Notes: generated from the sequence alone by a model not told the origin. Positions 20,314 through 29,885 are shown, counted from the first letter of the stretch. The stretch is 64,000 nucleotides of DNA from an uncultured Verrucomicrobiae bacterium (GCA_963706955.1 CAVPOC010000008.1:960001-1024000), one strand, 5' to 3'. A program made the numbers and translations.

Positions 20314-20369
20314 GATTCACAATTTGCGCAGATTTTCAACGGATTCACAGAAATCAATCTGTGGACTTA
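20314..20369. repeat. CCACAGAT-family palindromic element
   Basis: GATTCACAATTTGCGCAGATTTTCAACGGATTCACAGAAATCAATCTGTGGACTTA; aligns to the copies at 21450 and 23187. Confidence 0.75.
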
Positions 20370-20481
20370 TTGAACCGCCGAAATGCAGCATCGCTGTTCT
20401 CCGGTGTCAGTAATCGAGCCAAACAATTTGACCGACGCCAGCTTGACGGGCCTCCCAGTTTCAATTCAACAATCCGATCTG

Positions 20482-21231
20482 ATGAAACTAACTAATAAGA
20501 TTGCACTCATCACTGGAGGAACCAGCGGGTTAGGTCTAGCCACCGCCAAGCGTTTTGTCGCTGAAGGCGCCTTCGTCTTCATTACCGGCCGCCGTCAGGC
20601 CGAGCTCGACGCAGCCGTCAAAGAAATTGGCGAAAATACTATCGGAGTTCGCGGCGATATTTCCAAATTGTCGGATCTCGATCATCTTTTCTCAGTCATC
20701 AAAGAGAAAAAAGGGCGCCTCGACATTCTCTTTGCCAACGCGGGAGGCGGAGCGTTCTTCCCTCTTGAGGAAGTCACTGAGGAACACTTCGACAAGTATT
20801 TTGGCATCAACGTTAAGGGAACGCTCTTTACCGTCCAAAAAGCACTGCCGCTCATGCCAGCAGGCGCCTCTATTGTGATCAACGGATCGATGGTGTCGAT
20901 CAAAGGCATTCCCGCGTTCGGCGTGTATGCCGCGACGAAGGCGGCATTGCGTTCATTCGCGAGGACGTGGGCGGTGGATTTGAAAGGGCGCAACATCCGC
21001 GTCAACGTCGTCGCTCCCGGCACCATCGTTACACCAGGATACAAGAGCGAACTTGGATTGAGCGACGAACAGATCGAAGGCTTCAAGGCCCAGGCCGCTG
21101 CCGCCGCCCCGCTTGGACGCACCGGCACTCCGGAAGAAGTGGCTGCGGCGGTGCTTTTCCTTGCCTCGGATGATGGCAGCTACGTCAACGGCGTTGAGCT
21201 TTTTGTCGATGGTGGAACCGCGCAAATCTGA
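20482..21231 (+). CDS. short-chain dehydrogenase/reductase
   Basis: [18 protein letters not shown] and NVVAPG motifs; ATG 20482. Confidence 0.93.
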   Translation: MKLTNKIALITGGTSGLGLATAKRFVAEGAFVFITGRRQAELDAAVKEIGENTIGVRGDISKLSDLDHLFSVIKEKKGRLDILFANAGGGAFFPLEEVTEEHFDKYFGINVKGTLFTVQKALPLMPAGASIVINGSMVSIKGIPAFGVYAATKAALRSFARTWAVDLKGRNIRVNVVAPGTIVTPGYKSELGLSDEQIEGFKAQAAAAAPLGRTGTPEEVAAAVLFLASDDGSYVNGVELFVDGGTAQI

Positions 21232-21352
21232 CAGCAACGGCGATAACCATGCGGTCAGATCATGGCATATAAAAAAGGGGGTAATTAGAACGCCGGAGTG
21301 GCCTTGGGATAGTGATCGGCCCGACCACGCTAGTCTAAGCTTTGGAAGAAGA

Positions 21353-21387
21353 TCCAGTTGTTGACATGATCAACGAAACCAACGAGG
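21353..21387 (+). repeat. perfect 35-bp copy of treS 3' coding sequence (19302-19336)
   Basis: TCCAGTTGTTGACATGATCAACGAAACCAACGAGG is identical at both sites. Confidence 0.9.
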
Positions 21388-21449
21388 TGATCTCGGACTC
21401 GAATCAAGTCACTCTGCGGCGCGGGGGGGCCGCTTCCGCGAGACCTGGT

Positions 21450-21524
21450 AATCCATTAGATTGCGCAGATTTTGGTGATTCACAGAACTTCATCTGTGGG
21501 AATCTGTGTTGATCTGTGGACCTA
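21450..21524. repeat. CCACAGAT-family palindromic element
   Basis: AATCCATTAGATTGCGCAGATTTTGGTGATTCACAGAACTTCATCTGTGGGAATCTGTGTTGATCTGTGGACCTA. Confidence 0.8.
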
Positions 21525-21631
21525 TAAAATCGGGAGGAGCTGTGCCAACATGCAAGCCCTCGGCCCTTTGGCAAGTCGATCCGCGAAAGGCCAAGCCGCT
21601 AGAAGAGGAATGAGAAGCCTGTCGAAATTTC

Positions 21632-23110
21632 ATGAATGCAAAATCAAGAATCTCTGTATTGATCGTAGGAGCTGGCCCGGTGGGTCTGACCATGGCTGCG
21701 GAGCTGGCCCGTTATCAGATTCCCATTCGCATCATCGACAAATCGTCCGCCCGCACTGACAAATCGAAAGCCGTCACGTTGTGGAGCCGGAGCCTTGAAC
21801 TCCTCGATCGAGCCGGCAATGCGGAAGATTTTATTTCAGCCGGCCTGCGGCTGCATGCCTCGAATTTCGTTGCCGACGGCAAGCATCTGGCGCGGGTTGA
21901 TTTCGATGGCGTTCGTTCGCCCTACGCCTTCGCACTTTCGATTCCCCAATCCGAAACCGAACGCATCCTGGAAGAGCGCCTTTTCGCGCTCGGCATCAGA
22001 GTCGACCGCAACGTCGAATTGATAAGCTTCGCCGAGGCCGCCGAGTCGGTGAGCTGCGTCCTGCAGCATCGCGACGGCTCAGAAGAGGAGACGGAGGTTG
22101 ATTGGCTGATCGGTTGTGATGGCGCGCATTCAACGATCCGTAAGGATCTTGGTCTGGAATTTCACGGAGACACCATTCCTTATGACTTCGCTTTGGCAGA
22201 CATTCATGTCGCCGGACTGGAGGTGGCTCCAGATGAACTCGTCGTCTTTTTCCACAGCGACGGAATGGTGCTTTTCATCCCGATCAAGGGTGACCGCTAT
22301 CGCATCATCGCTGACCTTGGGCCCTCTACCGGCGGGCCCCGCGTCGATCCAACTCTAGAAGAGGTCCAGGCGATCGTTGATCGCCGTGTGGGGGGAGCGG
22401 TGAGTCTTTCCCGGCCGATCTGGCTGGCTGCGTTTGGCATCAATGAACGAAAAGTGGACACTTATCGTCGAGGCCGGGTCTTCGTCGCCGGCGATGCGGC
22501 GCATATTCACAGCCCCGCTGGTGGGCAGGGCATGAACACAGGCATGCAGGATGCCTTCAATCTCGCGTGGAAACTCGCCCTGGTCGTGCAGCAGAAGGCA
22601 AAGCCGGACATTCTCGAGAGCTACACAGACGATCGCAGTCCGGTCGCCAAGCAGGTGTTGGCCGATTCCGGCAGGCTTACGTCAATTGGGATGACAAAAA
22701 ATCCCGTTCTCCAGCAGCTGCGCAACCTGTTCGCCCACCATGTTCTTGGGTTTCCCGCAGCTCGTCACGCCATGGCTGCACGTCTCTCGGAAACATTCTT
22801 TGGCTATCCCCACAGTCCGCTAAATAGCGGTTCCGCCGCGGGGCTCAACGGCCCCGCACCGGGCGACCGCATTGTAGTTGAAAAGCCCTTTGGATCTGGC
22901 AATGCACCGCGCTTCGCCTTGATGGCCAAGGACGCGTCAGCGTCCAGTGTCATTATGGAGAAATATTCGTCGCTGGTGGAAGATTCCGTCCGCACTCCGC
23001 CCGACGAGAAGGGCATCTGGCTGGTTCGTCCCGATGGCTACGTCGCGGCGGTGGCTCATGATAGGGATTGGGAAATAATCGAGGCAGCCTTGAGGAAGAT
23101 TGCCCCCTAG
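21632..23110 (+). CDS. FAD-dependent monooxygenase (PheA/TfdB, FAD_binding_3)
   Basis: IVGAGPVGL, GCDGAHS, GDAAHIHSPAGGQGMNTGMQDA and LVRPDGYVA motifs. Confidence 0.93.
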   Translation: MNAKSRISVLIVGAGPVGLTMAAELARYQIPIRIIDKSSARTDKSKAVTLWSRSLELLDRAGNAEDFISAGLRLHASNFVADGKHLARVDFDGVRSPYAFALSIPQSETERILEERLFALGIRVDRNVELISFAEAAESVSCVLQHRDGSEEETEVDWLIGCDGAHSTIRKDLGLEFHGDTIPYDFALADIHVAGLEVAPDELVVFFHSDGMVLFIPIKGDRYRIIADLGPSTGGPRVDPTLEEVQAIVDRRVGGAVSLSRPIWLAAFGINERKVDTYRRGRVFVAGDAAHIHSPAGGQGMNTGMQDAFNLAWKLALVVQQKAKPDILESYTDDRSPVAKQVLADSGRLTSIGMTKNPVLQQLRNLFAHHVLGFPAARHAMAARLSETFFGYPHSPLNSGSAAGLNGPAPGDRIVVEKPFGSGNAPRFALMAKDASASSVIMEKYSSLVEDSVRTPPDEKGIWLVRPDGYVAAVAHDRDWEIIEAALRKIAP

Positions 23111-23186
23111 AAGACTTAGCTGCAGGTTGGACGTGCGGCGCAACCGAGGTCCACGGCGCAACGCCCCGTTTTTCGGGAGACCAGCT

Positions 23187-23260
23187 GATCCACAGATTGC
23201 ACAGATTTTCAACGATTCACAAAGTCCATCTGCGTAAGTCTGTGTTAATCGGTGGACCTA
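23187..23260. repeat. CCACAGAT-family palindromic element (most complete copy)
   Basis: GATCCACAGATTGCACAGATTTTCAACGATTCACAAAGTCCATCTGCGTAAGTCTGTGTTAATCGGTGGACCTA. Confidence 0.8.
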
Positions 23261-23275
23261 AAGGCTTGCGCGAGT

Positions 23276-24436
23276 TCACAGCGGTTCGCCGCCTTCGTTG
23301 AGGATCGACAGGTAGGCATCATAGACAAAGACGCGGTTGCGGCGTTGGCCGGTCAACTCGCGGGCGATGCCCGTCTTCAGGAGCGATTGCATGGCTTTTC
23401 CAGCCGTGGGAAAGGTCATCTTGTGAGCGTCGCGCAGATGTTTCAGAGTGAGCACTGGTCGCTCGCGCAGTGCAGCGAGGACACGGAGGGCATTCGGGGC
23501 CGCACGACCTGTCTGTTGGACGCGCCGGCTGTCCGTCTCGAAGAGATCAATAAGGCGGCGTGCCGTTTGCACGGCGCCGCGGGCGGTCTCCTCAACGCCT
23601 TCGAGGAAGAAATCGACCCAAGCCTCCCAATCGCCTGCGGTGCGCACACCGTCGAGAAGATCGTAATACACCTGGCGGTGTTCTTTCAAGTAAAGGGAAA
23701 GGTAGAGTAACGGTTGGGCGAGAAGCCCGCCGTGGTGGAGCACGAGGGCGATAAGCAGCCGACCAAGACGACCATTCCCATCGAGGAACGGATGGATGGT
23801 CTCGAACTGGACATGGGCCAGCGCAGCCTTGAGGAGAATCGGTAGACCGCTTTCCTGGTGCAAGAAACTCTCCAGCGCAGCCATGCAACGCTCCACCTCT
23901 TGAGGCGGCGGAGGCACGAACCGTGCATTCCCCGGACGCGTGCCACCAAGCCAGTTCTGGGTTCGGCGAAACTCGCCCGGCAGCTTGTTACTACCCCGCC
24001 CGCGAGACATGAGAACCGCGTGCATTTCTCGAAAAAGACGATTCGAGAGCGGGAAACCCTCCCGCAGGCGGGCCATGCCACGCTCGAGTGCACCGATGTA
24101 GTTGGATACTTCAACCACATCGTCAAAGGGAGTGCCGGGAACCTCCTCGAGCTCGAAAAGGAGCAGATCAGACAAGGAAGATTGCGTGCCCTCGATCTGC
24201 GATGAGAGCACCGCCTCGCGCCGGACATACGAATAGAGGACAAGTTGGGGGTCGGGAAGGAGCGTGGTGAGGCTGTCGAGCCGCCCGACTGCCAGGGTCG
24301 CCTTCTCGAGCAGGAGTTGCCGAGCACCGGTGATCTCCAGACCCGGTACCGGCGGCAATCCAAGCGGCACAAAGGCGCGGACGTGATCCCCGGCCATGGA
24401 AGTCGTATGATAAGTGCCGGCACGATCGCGATTCAT
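23276..24436 (-). CDS. Fic family protein (N-terminal inhibitory helix, C-terminal HTH)
   Basis: HPFLDGNGRLGR catalytic motif and SSQIEGT inhibitory motif. Confidence 0.95.
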   Translation of the reverse strand: MNRDRAGTYHTTSMAGDHVRAFVPLGLPPVPGLEITGARQLLLEKATLAVGRLDSLTTLLPDPQLVLYSYVRREAVLSSQIEGTQSSLSDLLLFELEEVPGTPFDDVVEVSNYIGALERGMARLREGFPLSNRLFREMHAVLMSRGRGSNKLPGEFRRTQNWLGGTRPGNARFVPPPPQEVERCMAALESFLHQESGLPILLKAALAHVQFETIHPFLDGNGRLGRLLIALVLHHGGLLAQPLLYLSLYLKEHRQVYYDLLDGVRTAGDWEAWVDFFLEGVEETARGAVQTARRLIDLFETDSRRVQQTGRAAPNALRVLAALRERPVLTLKHLRDAHKMTFPTAGKAMQSLLKTGIARELTGQRRNRVFVYDAYLSILNEGGEPL

Positions 24437-24551
24437 ATCCAGAACTTGAATAAGTTCAGAATTTATTAAAGAAACACAACTTATTATTTAATAAGATAAC
24501 GGCGCGAAAGCTTGAATTGCCGCAAGTTTAATAACACGTAGGACGGAAACC

Positions 24552-24583
24552 CATCTGTGGAAATCCGCGTTAGTCTGTGGATC
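24552..24583. repeat. CCACAGAT-family right arm
   Basis: CATCTGTGGAAATCCGCGTTAGTCTGTGGATC abutting the MFS stop codon. Confidence 0.65.
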
Positions 24584-25905
24584 TATGTCTCTTCTCGCGA
24601 AGCTTCGATGCGCGATTGCCTGCGTCCCAGCCCGGCGCCGACTCCAGCCCAAAGAAGCGCGACGGCCGCGCCGATGAGCATCGCTGTGGCCGGGAAATCT
24701 GCAAATAGATCGAGGCCGCGCTTGACCCACCCGCTGATGGCGTCGCCGCCACGGTAAACCACCGTATCGATGAAGTTCTTCGCTTTATACTTTTGTTCCG
24801 GGGGCACTGAGGTGAAGAGCATCTCCCGTCCAGGTCTTACGAGAGCGTATTCGCCCGCTCGACGGACGATCATCACGACGACCAGGACCGCGAACACCGG
24901 AGCCATTGCCAGCCAAAGGAAGCCGGCCGCCAGCACGACCGGCACGGCGGCAAGAAGGACGCCGATTCCCAGCTTTCGGGCGATATGTCCGGTAAAGAAG
25001 ATCTGCGTCAGGATGGCGAGAGCCTGCACGACGCTGTCGATCAGTCCGAACACTTGGGTTTGCCGCGTTCGATCGGGGAAAGTCTCCGCGACCAGCCGGG
25101 CCTGCTCGAAGTAAAGGAATGTGGTGATGCTGGAGAGCAGCAGCACGAATACGGCGATGCCGATGAGGTAGGGAGACTTGAAGACCTCCGTGGCACCGGC
25201 AAAAGGGTTGCCGCCAAGCGGACGATGCCGCTCGTCATCGCCAGCACTTTCCACTTCCCTCCGCACGTCGGCCACCGGATGGAGGTCGCGCCAGCGGTGC
25301 AGCCAGATCGCTGCACCGGCGCTGCCCGTCAGCAGCAATGCCGAAAAGACCAAGAGACCAGCGTGTCCGATCGGCGCGACCAACAGCGTCCCTAAAATCG
25401 GCCCAGTCAGCCCGCCGAAGCTGGCTCCGCCGGCGATCAGGGCGAAGAGGCGTTTCGCCTGTGTGGTCACGAAGATGTCGGCGGAGACGCTCCAGGCCAG
25501 CGACACTGCCAAGAGATTGAAGACAGAGATCCAGACGTAAAAGGCGCGGGCGGTCCAGAGGTTGTCCGGCTGAGCGGCGAGGACTGTGGCAAACCCAATC
25601 AGGTTCGTGACGAAAAACCCATAGGTCCATGGCAAGATCGATCGGCGAGAAACCTTCGAAGCCACCCAGCCAAAGAGCGGAAGGACAGCCACCGTCGCGA
25701 CGAAGGTGCCAGTGAACAGCCATTGCAACGTTTCGGGGCCGCTGGCCACACCCATGGTCTCGCGCACCGGACGCAGCATAAAGTAGCCGGTGAAGAGCAG
25801 GAAAAACATCAGCAGACTAGCGGCCACAGCCGGAACCTCCCCGGGTTCCACGTTGAGGAAACGGGCGAGGAGTCCCGGCGAACGACCTTTATCTTGCTGC
25901 GCCAT
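24583..25905 (-). CDS. NTT/TLC-like (ATP/ADP exchanger family) MFS transporter
   Basis: YFMLRPVRE, QAKRLFALIAGG, RPGREMLFT and KYKAKNFIDTVVYRGGD motifs; about 12 TMs. Confidence 0.88.
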   Translation of the reverse strand: MAQQDKGRSPGLLARFLNVEPGEVPAVAASLLMFFLLFTGYFMLRPVRETMGVASGPETLQWLFTGTFVATVAVLPLFGWVASKVSRRSILPWTYGFFVTNLIGFATVLAAQPDNLWTARAFYVWISVFNLLAVSLAWSVSADIFVTTQAKRLFALIAGGASFGGLTGPILGTLLVAPIGHAGLLVFSALLLTGSAGAAIWLHRWRDLHPVADVRREVESAGDDERHRPLGGNPFAGATEVFKSPYLIGIAVFVLLLSSITTFLYFEQARLVAETFPDRTRQTQVFGLIDSVVQALAILTQIFFTGHIARKLGIGVLLAAVPVVLAAGFLWLAMAPVFAVLVVVMIVRRAGEYALVRPGREMLFTSVPPEQKYKAKNFIDTVVYRGGDAISGWVKRGLDLFADFPATAMLIGAAVALLWAGVGAGLGRRQSRIEASREET

Positions 25906-26079
25906 CGTCGGTCACCTTAGCACCGGCCGCCGGTTGGGAGTTGAGAGTTTGTCTCTAAGTCGCCCAGCGACGAGTCACCATCCGCTAGTGTTCAGCAAGA
26001 GGGGATCCAAGGGCATCCGGAGTGACCCTGACAAAATGCGGGTGCGGTGGTAGAATACAATGTCGATCTCTCCCTAGAC

Positions 26080-27597
26080 ATGGCGCAGCTCGAGATATTT
26101 AAGGTGCATCCGCTTTTCGAGGACGTGCAGCTCGGCGGTATTTTTCCAGACCAAAAGACGTTTGTTGATTGCCTGCCTAAACGCCCTCTTGAAGAAATTG
26201 CGAAGGAATACCGCCTCGCCAAGACTTCGGCCGATTTTAGCCTCAGGGACTTTGTTGACGCGCACTTCGAACGACCGCCGGAATACGGGACAGACTACGT
26301 CAGCGATCGGACCAAAGAGGTTGAAGAAGATGCGGAGTCGCTTTGGACCATCCTAACCAGGCAACCTGACACCACCGCGGGATCGCTCCTCCCGCTGCCC
26401 TTTCCCTACATTGTTCCGGGCGGGCGCTTTCGCGAGATCTATTACTGGGACAGTTACTTCACCTCTCTTGGCCTGCGTGCCTCGGGCAAAGTCGATATGA
26501 TCGAAAACATGGTGAAAAACTTTTCTCACCTGATCGACACGGTCGGCAATATCCCCAACGGCAATCGCACTTACTATCTTGGCCGATCGCAACCGCCCTT
26601 CTACGCGATGATGGTGAAGCTCCTGGTGGAAGAGCGCGGCGAGGGGATTCTTCTAAAATACCTCCCTCAACTCGAACGCGAGTATCAGTTCTGGATGAAA
26701 GGCGCTGCGGACCTGACTGAGAACCGTTTGACCGCACATCATTCGGCCAGAATGCGCGATGGTGAGGTGCTCAACCGTTATTGGGACGAGAACGACACTC
26801 CCAGACCGGAGTCGTTCCAGGAGGATCTCGAGCTGTCACACCTATCAGATCAGCTCCCCGCCAACCTATTTCGCCACCTCCGCGCGGGCGCGGAATCTGG
26901 TTGGGATTTCAGCAGTCGGTGGTTCAAGGACGGGCGTTCCCTTGGCTCCATCCACACCACCGACATCGTGGCGGTCGATCTAAATTGCTTGTTGCTGAAT
27001 CTGGAGAGAACCATCGCGGAGGCCTTGCAGGTGGCCAGAAACGTTCAAGAGATCGAGCGCTTCGAAGAGCTTGCCGCGTGCAGAGAAACAGCCATCCAAA
27101 AATACTTCTGGAACGAGGAGAGGGGCTTTTACTTCGATTACGACATCGCGCGGGGACAGCAAAACAAAGCAATGACCCTCGCGGGGGTGTTTCCCTTGTT
27201 CTTCAAGGTGGCGACGGAGGAGCAGGCCAAGGCGGTCGCCGGCACCATTGAGAAAAACTTCCTCATGTCTGGCGGCGTCGTCACTACCCTGGAGACAACC
27301 GGCCAACAGTGGGATGCTCCGAATGGCTGGGCGCCGCTGCAGTGGATCACGATCGTTGGTCTAGAGAACTACGGTCACCACGAGCTCGCCGCCGAAGTTG
27401 CCAGCCGCTGGGTCAACCTGAACTCAGATGTATTCAAGCGCACTGGCAAGCTGATGGAAAAATACAACGTCGTTGACACCCACCTGGAAGCGGGTGGCGG
27501 CGAATACCCAGGCCAGGATGGATTTGGTTGGACCAACGGCGTCCTGCTCGCGTTGAAAGCTCACGGTCAAGTCGAAGCCGCTGCCTCCCGGCAGTAA
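26080..27597 (+). CDS. treF: alpha,alpha-trehalase (GH37), no signal peptide
   Basis: PGGRFREIYYWDSY, IPNGNRTYY..RSQPP, PRPES, AESGWDFSSRW, QWDAPNGWAP and GFGWTNGV motifs. Confidence 0.92.
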   Translation: MAQLEIFKVHPLFEDVQLGGIFPDQKTFVDCLPKRPLEEIAKEYRLAKTSADFSLRDFVDAHFERPPEYGTDYVSDRTKEVEEDAESLWTILTRQPDTTAGSLLPLPFPYIVPGGRFREIYYWDSYFTSLGLRASGKVDMIENMVKNFSHLIDTVGNIPNGNRTYYLGRSQPPFYAMMVKLLVEERGEGILLKYLPQLEREYQFWMKGAADLTENRLTAHHSARMRDGEVLNRYWDENDTPRPESFQEDLELSHLSDQLPANLFRHLRAGAESGWDFSSRWFKDGRSLGSIHTTDIVAVDLNCLLLNLERTIAEALQVARNVQEIERFEELAACRETAIQKYFWNEERGFYFDYDIARGQQNKAMTLAGVFPLFFKVATEEQAKAVAGTIEKNFLMSGGVVTTLETTGQQWDAPNGWAPLQWITIVGLENYGHHELAAEVASRWVNLNSDVFKRTGKLMEKYNVVDTHLEAGGGEYPGQDGFGWTNGVLLALKAHGQVEAAASRQ

Positions 27598-27740
27598 TCG
27601 CGAGAACGTTGAGATTCTCCGCTTGCCATCGCGCGCAGCTCGTTGCGTCTTCCTTTTCCCGGCAGAATCGCAGGTTGCCGCGCCGCTCCAGTGGGTGGCC
27701 GGCGGAATCGGCAGCGACAAGGCGATTGTCACGCAGCGCG

Positions 27741-28502
27741 TCACCGAGGCTTTGCTACCTTTGTCGATCTCGCCGAAGAATCATTTTTTGAGTTCGGCAA
27801 TGGAAGCCATGTCTCGTCTGATGTGACGTCAGAATCTTTCCTCCGCCAGTTGATGCCCGGCATACAACAAGGCCGTCGCTTTCCCGAAGCAAGCATGTCG
27901 CACGCATTCTGGATCCGGCGGCGGCGCGTTTCCTCTTGCTTGGCAGAGACTATCCAGAGAATCCAGTCCCGGCGGGCCATGGGTGTGATCCCTCGCCACA
28001 TGACCCACAAAGCTTGCGCCCGCCCGGGTTCCGGGAGTCGGGTCCGAGCAGACTTAAGGGCCTCCCGTAGATCCATGGGCACCCTGCACTCCGGTTCTTC
28101 ACCGACCCGTGTAATCTCCACCGTGACCGCGTCTCCAACGCCCTCGCGCCCGGAAATCCCTGCCGCATCTTCCAGGGCTTTGCTCAGCCTGAGCCAGTAG
28201 CTTCCAGTGCCATTAATATCCAGAGCGGCTCGAAAGGGGAAGCCATTGATCGTTCCCTCAACCATCGTCACATCTCGAGAGGGGGCCGAGGGGAACGGGA
28301 GTCTCGCACTGACGTTCTTGGGCAGAGTGAGAAGGGTCCACGAGTCAACCCCCTCAATATTTTCAGTTGGCTTTTCGGGTGCCTTGGGGCCGGACCGAAA
28401 CAACTTGGCACTGAATCGAATTGCTGGCCTGCTTTCCTGCAGCTCAGCCAGATTCAGCGGTCTCGCTGCCTTGGATTTGGACTTGCTGACCATTGTGTTC
28501 AC
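27741..28502 (-). CDS. DUF1905 + YdeI/OmdA domain protein
   Basis: VEGTING.PF, VP.DL..AL and ARRDWI.WI.SAKQ.ETR.RRI..AC..L..GKRRPCC motifs. Confidence 0.8.
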   Translation of the reverse strand: MNTMVSKSKSKAARPLNLAELQESRPAIRFSAKLFRSGPKAPEKPTENIEGVDSWTLLTLPKNVSARLPFPSAPSRDVTMVEGTINGFPFRAALDINGTGSYWLRLSKALEDAAGISGREGVGDAVTVEITRVGEEPECRVPMDLREALKSARTRLPEPGRAQALWVMWRGITPMARRDWILWIVSAKQEETRRRRIQNACDMLASGKRRPCCMPGINWRRKDSDVTSDETWLPLPNSKNDSSARSTKVAKPR

Positions 28503-28508
28503 GCCGCG

Positions 28509-29795
28509 CTACGGAAAAAGTCCACGCGCCTGACGCGCTGCGAGAACGCGCTCGACCCCAATGGAGAGGGCGGACATCCGATGCGGAATCTTGCGTTCTT
28601 TGGACCTCTTGATCACGGCGGCGAAAGCGGTCTCGAGAATCCGATACAGTCGGTCGGTGATCTCAATGTCCGACCAGAAGAAATTTTGCAAATCCTGCAC
28701 CCATTCGAAATAGGAGACAATAACTCCGCCCGCATTGCACAAGATATCTGGAATCACAAAAATCTCGGCCCAGCGCTGGTTGAGGACCTCATCGGCCTCG
28801 GGCGTTGTCGGTCCATTGGCGGCCTCCGCGAGCACCCGGCAGCGCAGCTTGCCGGCGTTTTCTCCGTTAATCACACTCTCAACCGCGGCTGGCACCAGCA
28901 CGTCGCACGGCAAGGTGAGAAACTCATCGGCCTCGACACGCTCGCCCAGATGGAAATCGGACAGCGTGCCGTGCTGCGCCGCGTGGCGGTCAGCGGCGGC
29001 AATATCGATGCCCCGAGGATCGTAGAGGCAAGCAGTGTGATCGCTGATCCCAACGACCTTCATTCCCGACTTCAAGGCCAGGCCACCGGCGACCACCGAG
29101 CCGACGTTTCCGAAACCCTGAACGATCGCGCTACACCGTCCGGGCGCAATCTTGAGATGGTCGAGCGCTCGTTCGACGAGAAAGACAACTCCTCGACCGG
29201 TCGCCTCCCGCCGCCCCGCGACTCCGCCGAGCGAGACCGGCTTTCCCGTGACAATTTCCCCAAGCGCGTAACCGACGTGCACCGAATAGGAATCCATAAA
29301 CCAGGCCATGATTTGCTCGTTCGTGCCCATATCTGGTCCGAGCACGTCCATTTGTGGCCCAATGAAAGGGATTAACTCCTGAAGGTAGCGGCGCGAGACG
29401 AGTTCGAGCTCGCGTCTCGAAAGCTTGTTAGGGTCAACGCGCACCCCTCCTTTCGCACCGCCGTACGGCAGTCCCGTCAGCGCGCATTTCCAACTCATCC
29501 AAACAGCGAGGGCAGCGGACTCGCCAATGGTCAGATGAGGCGAAAACCGCGTGCCGCCCTTGGTAGGACCGACGGAGAGATGGTGCTGGACGCGATAACC
29601 GTGAAAGACCTCCACTGTGCCATCGTCTCGGGGGATCGGCACCGCCACGGAGACGGCACGTTTCGGATAAATGATCCGCTCACGATACCCCTCGGCAATT
29701 TCAAGGTAATCAGCGATCACCTCGAATTGACGCTTAGCCATCCCAAAAAGCGGATCTGAATAGATCGGATCTGAAGAATAAGTGCCCTCAGCCAT
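28509..29795 (-). CDS. gdhA: Glu/Leu/Phe/Val dehydrogenase (glutamate dehydrogenase)
   Basis: GPTKGG, LPYGGAKGG, PDMGT, ATGRG, QGFGNVG, EAANGP and NAGGVIVSYFEWVQ motifs. Confidence 0.92.
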   Translation of the reverse strand: MAEGTYSSDPIYSDPLFGMAKRQFEVIADYLEIAEGYRERIIYPKRAVSVAVPIPRDDGTVEVFHGYRVQHHLSVGPTKGGTRFSPHLTIGESAALAVWMSWKCALTGLPYGGAKGGVRVDPNKLSRRELELVSRRYLQELIPFIGPQMDVLGPDMGTNEQIMAWFMDSYSVHVGYALGEIVTGKPVSLGGVAGRREATGRGVVFLVERALDHLKIAPGRCSAIVQGFGNVGSVVAGGLALKSGMKVVGISDHTACLYDPRGIDIAAADRHAAQHGTLSDFHLGERVEADEFLTLPCDVLVPAAVESVINGENAGKLRCRVLAEAANGPTTPEADEVLNQRWAEIFVIPDILCNAGGVIVSYFEWVQDLQNFFWSDIEITDRLYRILETAFAAVIKRSKERKIPHRMSALSIGVERVLAARQARGLFP

Positions 29796-29885
29796 AGGCG
29801 GGCAACTTTACTTCGATTCCCCAACCGCGCGAAACAAAAGTCCTCTCAGATCGACGCCGAAACTATCCCGCTGAGCGATGAAATC

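Noticed and set aside
19471..24583. CRISPR array or integron attC sites
   Set aside because: Repeats are degenerate, separated by whole genes rather than uniform spacers, and lack attC RYYYAAC/GTTRRRY ends; no cas or intI gene in the window
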